DNA of 64,000 nucleotides from Clostridia bacterium (GTDB lineage: Bacteria > Bacillota > Clostridia > TANB77 > CAG-508), in contig JAXJYD010000008.1 of the NCBI GenBank assembly GCA_036307105.1, forward strand, positions 52,281-116,280, in the 5' to 3' direction. Each line of letters opens with the position of its first letter. Position 1 is the first letter of the stretch. A model generated the notes under the pieces. That model worked only from the letters and a program-made list of their open reading frames with translations, was not told the DNA's origin and did no database searches. Shown piece after piece: positions 1-10,011 of the stretch. Made by a program: the position numbers and the translations under genes.

Positions 1-1191
1 ATTGGTGGAACAGTTGGAGATATAGAAGGACTTTCAATTATAGAAGCCATTAGACAAGTTGGATTAGAAAAAAATCCTGAAGATGTAATTTATATTCATG
101 TTACATTATTACCATATATCTTTGGATCAAATGAAATAAAATCAAAACCAACACAACATTCAGTAAAGGAATTACAAAGCTTTGGAATAAAACCAGATAT
201 ATTAGTATGTAGGACAGAACAAGATATACCAGATAGTATAAGAGAGAAATTAGCATTATTTTGTAATGTAAGAAAAACAAGTGTTATACAAAACAAAACT
301 GCAGATTGTTTATATGCTGTACCATTAATGTTAGAAGAAGAAGGCTTAGCAAGAGAAGTATGTAATCATTTAAAATTAGATAAATATATACCAAACAATA
401 CAAAATGGGAAGAAATGATAGAACATATTAGAAAAATAGATAATGAAAAAAATGTTAATATCGCTATCGTAGGAAAATATATAAAATTAGAAGATTCTTA
501 TATTTCAGTTATAGAAAGTTTATATCATGCTGGTTTTGCCAACAACGTAAAAGTTAAAGTAAACTTGGTAGACTCAGAAACAATTACAAAAGAAAATGTT
601 AAAGAAAAACTTTCTAAATATGATGGTATAGTTGTTCCAGGAGGATTTGGAAGTAGAGGAATAGAAGGGAAAATAGAAACAATAAAATATGTAAGAGAAA
701 ATAAAATACCATTTTTAGGTATCTGCTTAGGAATGCAAATGGCTGTTGTTGAATTTGCAAGAAATGTATTAGGTTTAACAGATGCGCATTCAGCAGAGTT
801 AGATGAAAATACAAAAAATCCTGTAATTCATATTATGGAAGAACAAAAAGGAATAGATAAAAAAGGTGGAACAATGAGACTTGGAGCTTATCCTTGTACA
901 ATAAAAGAGGGAAGCCTAGCAAATAAATTATATGGAGAAAAAGAAATTTCAGAAAGACATAGACATAGATTTGAATATAACAATGATTATAGAGAAAGAC
1001 TTGAACAAGCGGGATTAAAAGTTTCTGGAACATCTCCAGATGGATTATTAGTAGAGATAGTGGAGATAGAAGATCATCCATATTTTATAGCAGGACAGTT
1101 CCATCCAGAATTAAAGTCAAGACCAAATAAACCAGCACCTCTATTTGTTGGATTAGTTGCAGCTGCAAAAATTTTGCGATGCAAAAAATAG
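1..1191 (+). CDS. pyrG: CTP synthase, C-terminal part (5' end lies outside the window)
   Basis: Frame 1 is open from base 1 (IGGTVGDIEG...). Glutamine amidotransferase motifs GICLGMQ and HRHRFE are present. Stop at 1189-1191. Confidence 0.93.
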   Translation: MGGTVGDIEGLSIIEAIRQVGLEKNPEDVIYIHVTLLPYIFGSNEIKSKPTQHSVKELQSFGIKPDILVCRTEQDIPDSIREKLALFCNVRKTSVIQNKTADCLYAVPLMLEEEGLAREVCNHLKLDKYIPNNTKWEEMIEHIRKIDNEKNVNIAIVGKYIKLEDSYISVIESLYHAGFANNVKVKVNLVDSETITKENVKEKLSKYDGIVVPGGFGSRGIEGKIETIKYVRENKIPFLGICLGMQMAVVEFARNVLGLTDAHSAELDENTKNPVIHIMEEQKGIDKKGGTMRLGAYPCTIKEGSLANKLYGEKEISERHRHRFEYNNDYRERLEQAGLKVSGTSPDGLLVEIVEIEDHPYFIAGQFHPELKSRPNKPAPLFVGLVAAAKILRCKK

Positions 1192-1213
1192 TAAAAAAAA
1201 TTTAATTTTAGTA

Positions 1214-1242
1214 TTGACAAATACATAAAAAACATTTATAAT
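1214..1242 (+). promoter_or_regulatory. sigma-A type promoter for the tRNA-Gly pair
   Basis: TTGACA (1214-1219), 17-nt spacer, TATAAT (1237-1242), about 25 nt upstream of the tRNA. Confidence 0.7.
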
Positions 1243-1265
1243 TTATAATTATCAGGAGGAAACAC

Positions 1266-1339
<74 letters not shown>

Positions 1340-1367
1340 AAACTTCTGACAATTATAGATTTAATAT

Positions 1368-1441
<74 letters not shown>

Positions 1442-1451
1442 TTTGAAGACA

Positions 1452-1485
1452 ACTTACGGACTAATTAAAGTTCGTAAGTTTTTTA
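1452..1485 (+). terminator. rho-independent terminator after the tRNA-Gly pair
   Basis: Stem ACTTACG / CGTAAGT (7 bp) followed by a T-run. Confidence 0.65.
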
Positions 1486-1568
1486 TTTTGTCCGTAGTCA
1501 AGCTTGGCAAGGCTTGTTCTACCAAATATAAAGATAATGTTCTCTTTCTAGGAAGGAGGACATTTTTT

Positions 1569-1853
1569 ATGCTTGAATTTAAAACTACCCAAGAACTTAG
1601 ACCTAATACTAAATTACTAGAACTTATTAAAGACTTTACTTATAAGACTAAAAAAGGAAAAGTTAAAGTTCTTCTAAATACTAATTTACAGTTTATTGAA
1701 CCTACTGAATATCTAATTACATATCCCATTACTATTACAATACTTGAATATAAAGTAAATGAAATTAGTAGTAAACCTTTTTATATCAAAGAACATAAGC
1801 AAAAATATAGTCTAAAAGAATTAGAAAAACTTATAACAAAACGCAACTTTTAA
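1569..1853 (+). CDS. hypothetical protein (94 aa) at the left edge of recombinase module 1
   Basis: ATG at 1569 is preceded by GGAAGGAGG. No recognisable motif. Confidence 0.45.
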   Translation: MLEFKTTQELRPNTKLLELIKDFTYKTKKGKVKVLLNTNLQFIEPTEYLITYPITITILEYKVNEISSKPFYIKEHKQKYSLKELEKLITKRNF

Positions 1854-1872
1854 CCTTAATTAGCAAATATAA

Positions 1873-2015
1873 GTGAGGAAACAATTAGAGAAATATTTAA
1901 AATTAGACTTCGTAAAATGGCTTTCTTTTGAGGAAACTAATGAGAAATATTAATCTTTTTCAAATTTAGGGTTGCTTTTTGGCGTTTGAGTGAGGAAACA
2001 TATGAGAGGTATTTT
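1873..2015 (+). repeat. three ~25-nt direct repeats (KTGAGGAAAC-N3-TKAGARRTATT) upstream of the recombinase gene
   Basis: Copies at 1873-1898, 1928-1952 and 1990-2015. The TGAGGAAAC core is identical in all three. Confidence 0.75.
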
Positions 2016-2050
2016 AATATTTCTCTAAATCTAAGGAAAGGAGGAAAATT

Positions 2051-3832
2051 ATGAGATGTGGAGTTTACGTAAGAGTATCTACTGATGACCAAAGAGATAA
2101 TGGTTATTCAATTGATTCACAACTTAGAATGATTAAAGAATATTGTGAAAAAAATGATTATGATATTGTAGATGTCTATAATGATGCAGGACATTCTGGA
2201 AAAGATTTAATGAGACCAGAAATGCAAAGACTACTTAAAGATATCAAATCAAAGAAAATTGATAAATTAATTGCGATTAAAGTAGATAGATTAACTAGAA
2301 ATAACTACGATGGCTTTTGGTTACTTAACTATTGTGAAGAACACGATGTTAAGATTGAATTAATACTTGAACCTTATGATGTATCTACTGCTAATGGTGA
2401 AATGATATTTGGTATGAATTTAGTATTTGGTCAGCGTGAAAGAAAAGAAATTGGAGCAAGAACTAAACGTGCTATGGAAGAAATGGCTTTAGAAAAAATT
2501 CATCCTAGCAAAGCACCTTATGGATATATTAGAAATAAAGAAACTGGTCATTTAGAAGTAGAACCTATTGAAGCACAAGTTGTTAAAGAAATATTTGAAC
2601 TTTGTAAAAAAGGACATTCTACAAGAAATATTGCTACTATTATGAAAGATAATAATGCTTATTTAAAACAAGGTAAATGGAAATCAGACAGAGTTTATAA
2701 AATACTTACTAATTCTATTTATATTGGTATATTTGAGTATGGAAAGTATAAAAGAAAGCCACAAGATCTTTTAAGAGTTGAAGATTATTGTGAACCGATT
2801 ATTGATATAACTACTTGGAATACTACAAGAGCAAATCTTGAAAAAAATAAACACCCAAACTATGGAGAGCATATTCATTTATTTGCAGGATTAGTAAAAT
2901 GTCCTTTATGTAATGAGATACTTGCAGCTAGTGAATCATTCAAAAAGTATAAAAATGAAACTAAAATTTATTACCATTTAAGATGTAAAAACACTAATTG
3001 TAAAGGCTATGGTTATCACTATAATTCAGATAAAATTGAAGATAAATTAAAAAGGATTTTAAATGAATTAACTAGATTTATGTATGATAATTCAAACGAA
3101 ATAATTACTTGTAGTTCTACTAAAAGTAAAGAAGTTAAAGAAATAGAAAAAGCCATTGAAAAGTTAAAAGTTCAAGAAAAAAGATTAGTCGATTTATATT
3201 TAAGTTCTACCCTAGATATAGAAACTATCAATCATAAAAACGATGTTATTAAAAAAGAAATAGATAAACTAACTAAAAAGAAAACTACACTTGATCCTGA
3301 CAATGACTTTAAAGAATACACAGTAGAACTTCTAAAAAAGTTAGATTATGAAGAAGATAATGGAGATTTTATCTTCAAAAACAACTTGAGTTTTGCTTAT
3401 TTATTTGATAGTTTAAATAGAAAAGCACAAAAAGAATTAATTAACAGATTAATATCTTCAATAGAAATAACTAGAGATAATAATTACAACATTGAGATTA
3501 AAAATATCAAATTTACAGAAGAATTTATTTCAAAAAGTACAAAAGATTATATTGATTATTTAAATGAATTACTAACTGATAATAATATTGGCATAACTTA
3601 TAAAGAACAAATTAATAAAGAAAAATTATTGGAATTAGAAAAAGATTATACCATTATGTCATTAGTAAAAATGGAAAACAATTTATATTCTGAAGAAGAA
3701 TTAAACAACTATTTTGATTTAATGAAAGAACATTATTATACAGATGGAATTATTAATTGTCCTTATATTGAAGGCAATAATATAGTTGATACTTTAATTC
3801 TTATACCAAAAACTCAGATAATAAATGTTTAA
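2051..3832 (+). CDS. large serine recombinase (resolvase/invertase N-domain, recombinase domain, zinc-ribbon)
   Basis: N-terminus YVRVSTDDQ with catalytic Ser. Also DRLTR, a CPLC...C..C zinc ribbon and a long coiled-coil C-terminus. RBS AAGGAGG. Confidence 0.9.
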   Translation: MRCGVYVRVSTDDQRDNGYSIDSQLRMIKEYCEKNDYDIVDVYNDAGHSGKDLMRPEMQRLLKDIKSKKIDKLIAIKVDRLTRNNYDGFWLLNYCEEHDVKIELILEPYDVSTANGEMIFGMNLVFGQRERKEIGARTKRAMEEMALEKIHPSKAPYGYIRNKETGHLEVEPIEAQVVKEIFELCKKGHSTRNIATIMKDNNAYLKQGKWKSDRVYKILTNSIYIGIFEYGKYKRKPQDLLRVEDYCEPIIDITTWNTTRANLEKNKHPNYGEHIHLFAGLVKCPLCNEILAASESFKKYKNETKIYYHLRCKNTNCKGYGYHYNSDKIEDKLKRILNELTRFMYDNSNEIITCSSTKSKEVKEIEKAIEKLKVQEKRLVDLYLSSTLDIETINHKNDVIKKEIDKLTKKKTTLDPDNDFKEYTVELLKKLDYEEDNGDFIFKNNLSFAYLFDSLNRKAQKELINRLISSIEITRDNNYNIEIKNIKFTEEFISKSTKDYIDYLNELLTDNNIGITYKEQINKEKLLELEKDYTIMSLVKMENNLYSEEELNNYFDLMKEHYYTDGIINCPYIEGNNIVDTLILIPKTQIINV

Positions 3833-3856
3833 TATTAAGAAAGGATTGATAAAATT

Positions 3857-4213
3857 ATGGAAATAAAATATACAAGACAAGGAGATTATTTAATACCAAA
3901 TTTATATTTAGAAAAAGATGATAATTGTGGAAGAATTGGCAAATACGGAATACTAAGATTACACTTTATTGCACAAAATAAAGAGGCACTTTATGAAGCA
4001 CTTTTAATGACAAATAAACTAACTCATCATCTTCTTTTAGTCAGTAATTCTTGTGAAAATTTATACAAAATACTAATGGAAGATTATATTAAAAATGATG
4101 AAAAACTGTCAGAAAAAAGTAAAGAATTAAACCCCCTAGAATGGACAAAGTTAATGAATAATTACAAAAATATGGCTGAAGAAATTGTCCTAAAAGAATA
4201 TGTTTTTGTATAA
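3857..4213 (+). CDS. tnpV: TnpV-like transposon accessory protein
   Basis: N-terminus Y.RQGDYLIPNL and C-terminus AEEIVLKEY match my recollection of the TnpV family of Tn4451-type elements. Confidence 0.65.
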   Translation: MEIKYTRQGDYLIPNLYLEKDDNCGRIGKYGILRLHFIAQNKEALYEALLMTNKLTHHLLLVSNSCENLYKILMEDYIKNDEKLSEKSKELNPLEWTKLMNNYKNMAEEIVLKEYVFV

Positions 4214-4225
4214 ATAATCTCAAAA

Positions 4226-4265
4226 AAAGAGGACAAATTATCAAAATAATTTAATCCTCTTTTTA
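4226..4265 (+). terminator. terminator after tnpV-like gene
   Basis: Stem AAAGAGGA / TCCTCTTT followed by a T-run. Confidence 0.55.
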
Positions 4266-4280
4266 TATATTTTATAATTT

Positions 4281-4356
4281 GGGAGTAAAAGTCGTGTCTA
4301 GCAAGCACTGAATTTATACTCCCGTATAAATTCTACTATGGAATTCCCATACCCTG
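4281..4356 (+). other. conserved two-hairpin non-coding motif, copy 1 (partner at 9921-10011)
   Basis: Shared blocks TGTC(C)TAGCAAGCANTGAATTT and AAATTCTRC, then a G-rich/C-rich hairpin followed by ACCC. The stems differ between copies but still pair. Confidence 0.6.
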
Positions 4357-4387
4357 GTAAGAATAGAACAACCTAAAATTTTATCTG

Positions 4388-4414
4388 CCCCTCACATCTT
4401 GTGAGGGGGATTTT
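4388..4414. terminator. GC-rich bidirectional terminator
   Basis: CCCCTCAC atctt GTGAGGGG with T-runs on both strands. Lies between the + strand module and the minus-strand ferredoxin gene. Confidence 0.75.
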
Positions 4415-4440
4415 ACTATCATTTTACGGATAATCTAAAT

Positions 4441-5223
4441 TTAATTAGTATTATTGTCTATATATTTATCAATAGTGCTTTGTTCTAAAACTTCTTTTCC
4501 AATTAAAGTTATTGCTTGTCTGGGACAATTACTAATACATCTATAACAACTTGTACATTTGCTTTGAGGTGAAGGTTTTGTTCCTATCATTTCTATATTT
4601 TTCATCGGACATAAATTTGAACATTTACCACAAGAAATACATTTTTGATAGTCAATTTTTAGTTTATCCTTTAACTTATATGTTTTCTTATAAAAATATA
4701 ATCTTTGTCCAAACAAACCAGCTAAATGGTTTAAAAAAGTAAGACCATCTTTACTATAATATCCGTTTTTAATTTTATCAACAGTTTCTTTTATTTTTAT
4801 ATCTGCATTTTTAACAATTAATTTATTTTCTTCGAGAGATTTTTTTAATGCTTTTACATCCCCAATACAATCTGGCATTTTTAAATGTAGTCCGCCAATT
4901 ATATTAGCACCATATTTTTTTAACAATCTCGCTGAACAACCTGCTCCATCACCGCTAAACAATCCCATTGTAACAATAATAAATATATTTTTATTTTTAA
5001 ATATCTCTTTATTATCAATAATAAAATTTCTAACAATAATTGGTAAATCACTATAATAAATTGGATATGCTAGAACAAGGTCGTTATTATCTATTATATT
5101 TTTTACACAATTTCTATCTTCAATAGAATATAATTTATTTTCTATATTTCCACTATAATACTCTAAAAATTTATTGAGACAGTATTTTGTATTTCCTGTT
5201 CCACTAAAATATATTCCAACCAT
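4441..5223 (-). CDS. flavodoxin-like / 2x[4Fe-4S] ferredoxin fusion protein (EFR1-type)
   Basis: N-terminus GIYFSGTGNT (flavodoxin-like). Two CxxCxxCxxxCP motifs (CISCGKCSNLCP, CTSCYRCISNCP). Start taken at the ATG preceded by AAAGGA. Confidence 0.8.
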   Translation of the reverse strand: MVGIYFSGTGNTKYCLNKFLEYYSGNIENKLYSIEDRNCVKNIIDNNDLVLAYPIYYSDLPIIVRNFIIDNKEIFKNKNIFIIVTMGLFSGDGAGCSARLLKKYGANIIGGLHLKMPDCIGDVKALKKSLEENKLIVKNADIKIKETVDKIKNGYYSKDGLTFLNHLAGLFGQRLYFYKKTYKLKDKLKIDYQKCISCGKCSNLCPMKNIEMIGTKPSPQSKCTSCYRCISNCPRQAITLIGKEVLEQSTIDKYIDNNTN

Positions 5224-5274
5224 TTTATCAAATCCTTTCAAATTAAATTCAAAATTAGCCTTAATTCGCCATAA

Positions 5275-6299
5275 TTAATTATCTGCATTTACTTCAAAAT
5301 TTTTCTTTTCTTCTTCAACAGCACTAATTAATTCTTGTTCTGTTGGCATATGTAATTTATATTCAGAAGAGAATATTGTTTTATTATCTTCAGGAAGAGT
5401 ATATTTTACAACTGTTTCATTTTTATTTGTTGATAATAATATTCCTACTGTTGGGTTTTCATCGTCTTGCTTAATTTCTCTATCATAATAATTAACATAC
5501 ATTTGCATTTGTCCTATATCTTGATGAGATACTTTCCCAATTTTTAAATCAATAATTACAAAACATCTTAAAAGTCTATTATAGAAAACTAAATCTGGGT
5601 AGAAATGATCTTCTTCTAATGTTAATCTCACTTGATTTCCAACATAACTAAATCCTTTTCCTAGTTCTAATAAAAACTCTTTTAAATGTTCTATAATATT
5701 CTTTTCTAAATCAGATTCTAAATAATCTGTATTTTCTTTTATATCTAAAAACTCTAATACAAAAGGGTCTTTGACTAAATCTTTACTTGTTTTTAATATT
5801 TGTCCTTTTTCAGATAGTTCTAATATCTTTTCTTTATCAGCAGACAAAGTTAATCTTTCATATAACAATGAATCTCTTTGTCTTTGAAGTTCTCTAACAC
5901 TCCATTTAGAATTAATACACTCATTTAAATAAAAATTTCTTTTTAGTTCTTCATCTATTTTAATTAATTCTAAATAATGCGACCAACTCAATTTGGCAGA
6001 CACTGTCTTCCAAATTGGATACATTAGATAAAATTTTCTCATAGTTCTTAAATTTCTTGAAGAAAATCCTTTTCCAAATTCATTAGTTAATTTTTGAGAT
6101 AATTTATCAAGTACAGCATCACCATAACTTGCTCTTTCATCACCTTGTTGTATCTCCATATGCCTATATTCCAATACAAATTTAGCATTTCAGTATTTAC
6201 AGTCTGATATACTTTATTTCTACTATTTATAACTAAATCTTTGATATTATCAAAAATATTATTTATTTCATTATCATTATTTATTAATTCGTTACTCAT
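5275..6299 (-). pseudogene. YhcG/DUF1016 PDDEXK-type nuclease, split by one frameshift near 6160-6180
   Basis: ORFs 6087-6299 (..LYWNIG..) and 5275-6174 (..QQGDERASYG...RNLR.MRKFY...) are consecutive parts of one DUF1016-like protein in different frames. Confidence 0.7.
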
Positions 6300-6462
6300 T
6301 AGTTTCCTCCAATCATTTATATATTAAAGACTTCATATGCATAAATTATACAATAAATATGGGAATATTTCCATACTTCCATTGAATTTTGTTGAAGATT
6401 CATATATAATATTTTTAGAAAGAGAGCGTTATGGTTCGTAAGCTGTTGCTTAATCGCTCCAT

Positions 6463-6653
6463 AATGCGTTTTCGTCGAACTCTTTGTAATTATTGATACA
6501 AGCGAGTTTAAGGAAAACAAAAGCGATTATCTATCACATTATATAAGTCGATTTAGTCGGCTTAATTTTTTTCTTTTATCCATAATAATGGTAATAAAAG
6601 TAAGAAAAATTTTTCAAAAATAGTTGACAAATAGGATGAAAATTGGTTATAAT
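6463..6653 (+). repeat. trailer-terminator-promoter unit, copy 1 (homologous to 7071-7243)
   Basis: About 70% identity by eye. Shared blocks: TTTTCGTCG.ACTCT, TTGATA, GATTATC, terminator AAGTCGATTTAGTCGGCTT+T-run, AATGGTAA.AAAAGTAA, then the promoter. Confidence 0.7.
6624..6653 (+). promoter_or_regulatory. sigma-A type promoter for the tRNA-His/Gln cluster
   Basis: TTGACA (6624-6629), 18-nt spacer, TATAAT (6648-6653). Confidence 0.7.
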
Positions 6654-6681
6654 AATAAATGTGCTTAAGGTACAAAACAAT

Positions 6682-6759
6682 GGTGGATGTGGCGTAGCTG
6701 GTTAACGCGCCAGTTTGTGGCACTGGAGATCGTGGGTTCGAGTCCCATCTTCCACCCCA
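6682..6759 (+). tRNA. tRNA-His (anticodon GUG) with G-1, CCA encoded
   Basis: Anticodon stem CCAGT/ACTGG with loop TTGTGGC. An extra 5' G is opposite discriminator C. T-loop GGTTCGAGTCC. Confidence 0.88.
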
Positions 6760-6806
6760 TTTAAATTACTACAAAAGCCATTTACAAATAAATATTTATT
6801 TTATAT

Positions 6807-6846
6807 TGGGCTGTAGCCAAGCGGTAAGGCACCAGACTTTGACTCT
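6807..6846 (+). pseudogene. truncated tRNA-Gln (5' 40 nt only)
   Basis: Matches 6989-7028 except one base (AGCGG vs AGTGG). Similarity stops inside the 3' strand of the anticodon stem. Confidence 0.85.
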
Positions 6847-6926
6847 AAAAGGTTTTTAGTCAAGTACAACTTACCAAAGGCTTATAAATAGATAGTTTGA
6901 GAGTTTTGATATTTTGATTTGATAGC

Positions 6927-6950
6927 AAATGTCAAACAAAATGTCAAACA
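6927..6950 (+). repeat. perfect tandem 2 x 12 nt (AAATGTCAAACA)
   Basis: Read directly from the sequence. Confidence 0.8.
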
Positions 6951-6988
6951 AATTCTCAATAGCTACTTAAAAATTTAATATTATACAT

Positions 6989-7063
6989 TGGGCTGTAGCC
7001 AAGTGGTAAGGCACCAGACTTTGACTCTGGCATGCGCTAGTTCGAATCTAGCCAGCCCAGCCA
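6989..7063 (+). tRNA. tRNA-Gln (anticodon UUG), CCA encoded
   Basis: Acceptor TGGGCTG/CAGCCCA, anticodon loop CTTTGAC, T-loop AGTTCGAATCT. Confidence 0.9.
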
Positions 7064-7070
7064 ATTTGAT

Positions 7071-7243
7071 TTTTCGTCGCACTCTCTAAAGTCTTTGATA
7101 ATAGAGAGCTTGACGAAGAAGAGATTATCACAATATAGGTCGATTAAATCGGCTTATTTTTTTGCTTTAAAAACCTAAAATGGTAAAAAAAGTAAATAAA
7201 ATAGCCTCAAAATATTGAAAAGAGGAGGTTTTTGTGATATGAT
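7071..7243 (+). repeat. trailer-terminator-promoter unit, copy 2
   Basis: Homologous to 6463-6653. Hairpin TTCGTC..CTCTCT/AGAGAG..GACGAA, terminator AGGTCGATTAAATCGGCTT+T-run, then the promoter. Confidence 0.7.
7215..7243 (+). promoter_or_regulatory. orphan tRNA-type promoter (TTGAAA-17-TATGAT with upstream TG) pointing into recombinase module 2
   Basis: Positional homologue of the 6624-6653 promoter. Homology ends just after the -10 box. Confidence 0.55.
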
Positions 7244-7632
7244 ACATACAGTTAACAGAAAAATTAAGATGAATAAAGAATTACGTTCTAAGATTGAATG
7301 GGCATGCAGTTTTGTAAATAAAGTACCAAAGATTAAAGAACGGGAATTTGAGAATGATAGAACATACAAATTTAGCTTATGTAGAACCACATGTAGTAAG
7401 TATTAGAGATATAAATTATTTATTCTTTAATGAACATGAATATTTCTATATAGGAAATCTAAATAATAAACAACCAATCTCAAAATTTCGTGAAATAATA
7501 GGTAGTTGATTAACAAAAATGTCTTTTCTTTATTTCAGCTAGGTAAAATAAAAAATATATAAAAACAGAAAATGATTTAAAGTGTTAGTTAGCTACTAAT
7601 AAAGGCTATCTAGCACTTTTATTGTATTTTGA

Positions 7633-9528
<1,896 letters not shown>

Positions 9529-9631
9529 AAGAAAGTTTAATTGAAAGTAAAATACATTAAAAGAGATTTTAATGTATCAAAAAAAGTTATAATAATAGAG
9601 TTTAAATCTAAAATTATGGAACAGAAAAACG

Positions 9632-9912
9632 AATTTATAAAGTACAAATAATACAATTTTAAAAGTAAGAATAATGTACTTAAAAATTAATATATACCAA
9701 CTAAAAAGGAAACAAAATAATTTCTTAAAACATCAAAAATAGTAACAATAAATATAAGTTTTTCATTCCTAATAGATACTATAATTTGAGCTATAATTAA
9801 TGCAGAATAAAATTTATAAGGTACACTATTTAGTACAAAATAAAGTACATAAAAATTAGAATATAATCATTAAAAGATACAAAGAAGTAACATTAATAAG
9901 TACCTAAAAATT
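9632..9912 (+). repeat. cluster of GTAC-centred short direct repeats
   Basis: GTACNTAAAAATT at 9676, 9845 and 9900. AATTTATAARGTAC at 9632 and 9811. Seven GTAC sites lie in about 600 nt of AT-rich spacer. Confidence 0.55.
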
Positions 9913-9920
9913 TGGAAAAA

Positions 9921-10011
9921 CTAAAAATCTTGTCCTAGCAAGCAATGAATTTGTGTGGACAGATTTTCCGTCTTTCCAAATTCTGCGTAGTTGGGATTAA
10001 ATCCCAAACCC
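9921..10011 (+). other. conserved two-hairpin non-coding motif, copy 2
   Basis: Stem AAAATCTTGTCC/GGACAGATTTT encloses TAGCAAGCAATGAATTT. Then AAATTCTGC, hairpin TTGGGA ttaaa TCCCAA, then ACCC. Confidence 0.6.

Noticed and set aside
614-1081. Minus-strand ORFs inside pyrG, with many similar antisense ORFs elsewhere (e.g. 7706-8203, 15423-15791, 24170-24583, 28102-28578, 37469-37959, 48107-48607, 62130-62495).
   Set aside because: All overlap strongly supported genes on the opposite strand. They encode Leu/Phe/Ile/Ser-rich low-complexity peptides typical of antisense frames in AT-rich DNA.
4281-4356. The recombinase-associated motif as a tRNA fragment, a hammerhead ribozyme or a group II intron domain.
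   Set aside because: Hairpin 2 has a 5-nt loop rather than a 7-nt T-loop, and there is no acceptor-like end. CTGA is present, but the CUGAUGA...GAAA hammerhead core is not. There is no domain V-like sequence. None of these fit.
6317-6520. 67-aa minus-strand ORF.
   Set aside because: It lies across the degenerate trailer repeat and the possible tRNA remnant. It has no RBS and a low-complexity composition.
7215-7406. 63-aa ORF with an AGGAGG ahead of an internal ATG (7239).
   Set aside because: Its 5' part coincides with the duplicated tRNA-type promoter (TTGAAA-17-TATGAT). The peptide has no motif and the frame decays immediately downstream. It is left unannotated, although a small element-encoded protein cannot be excluded.
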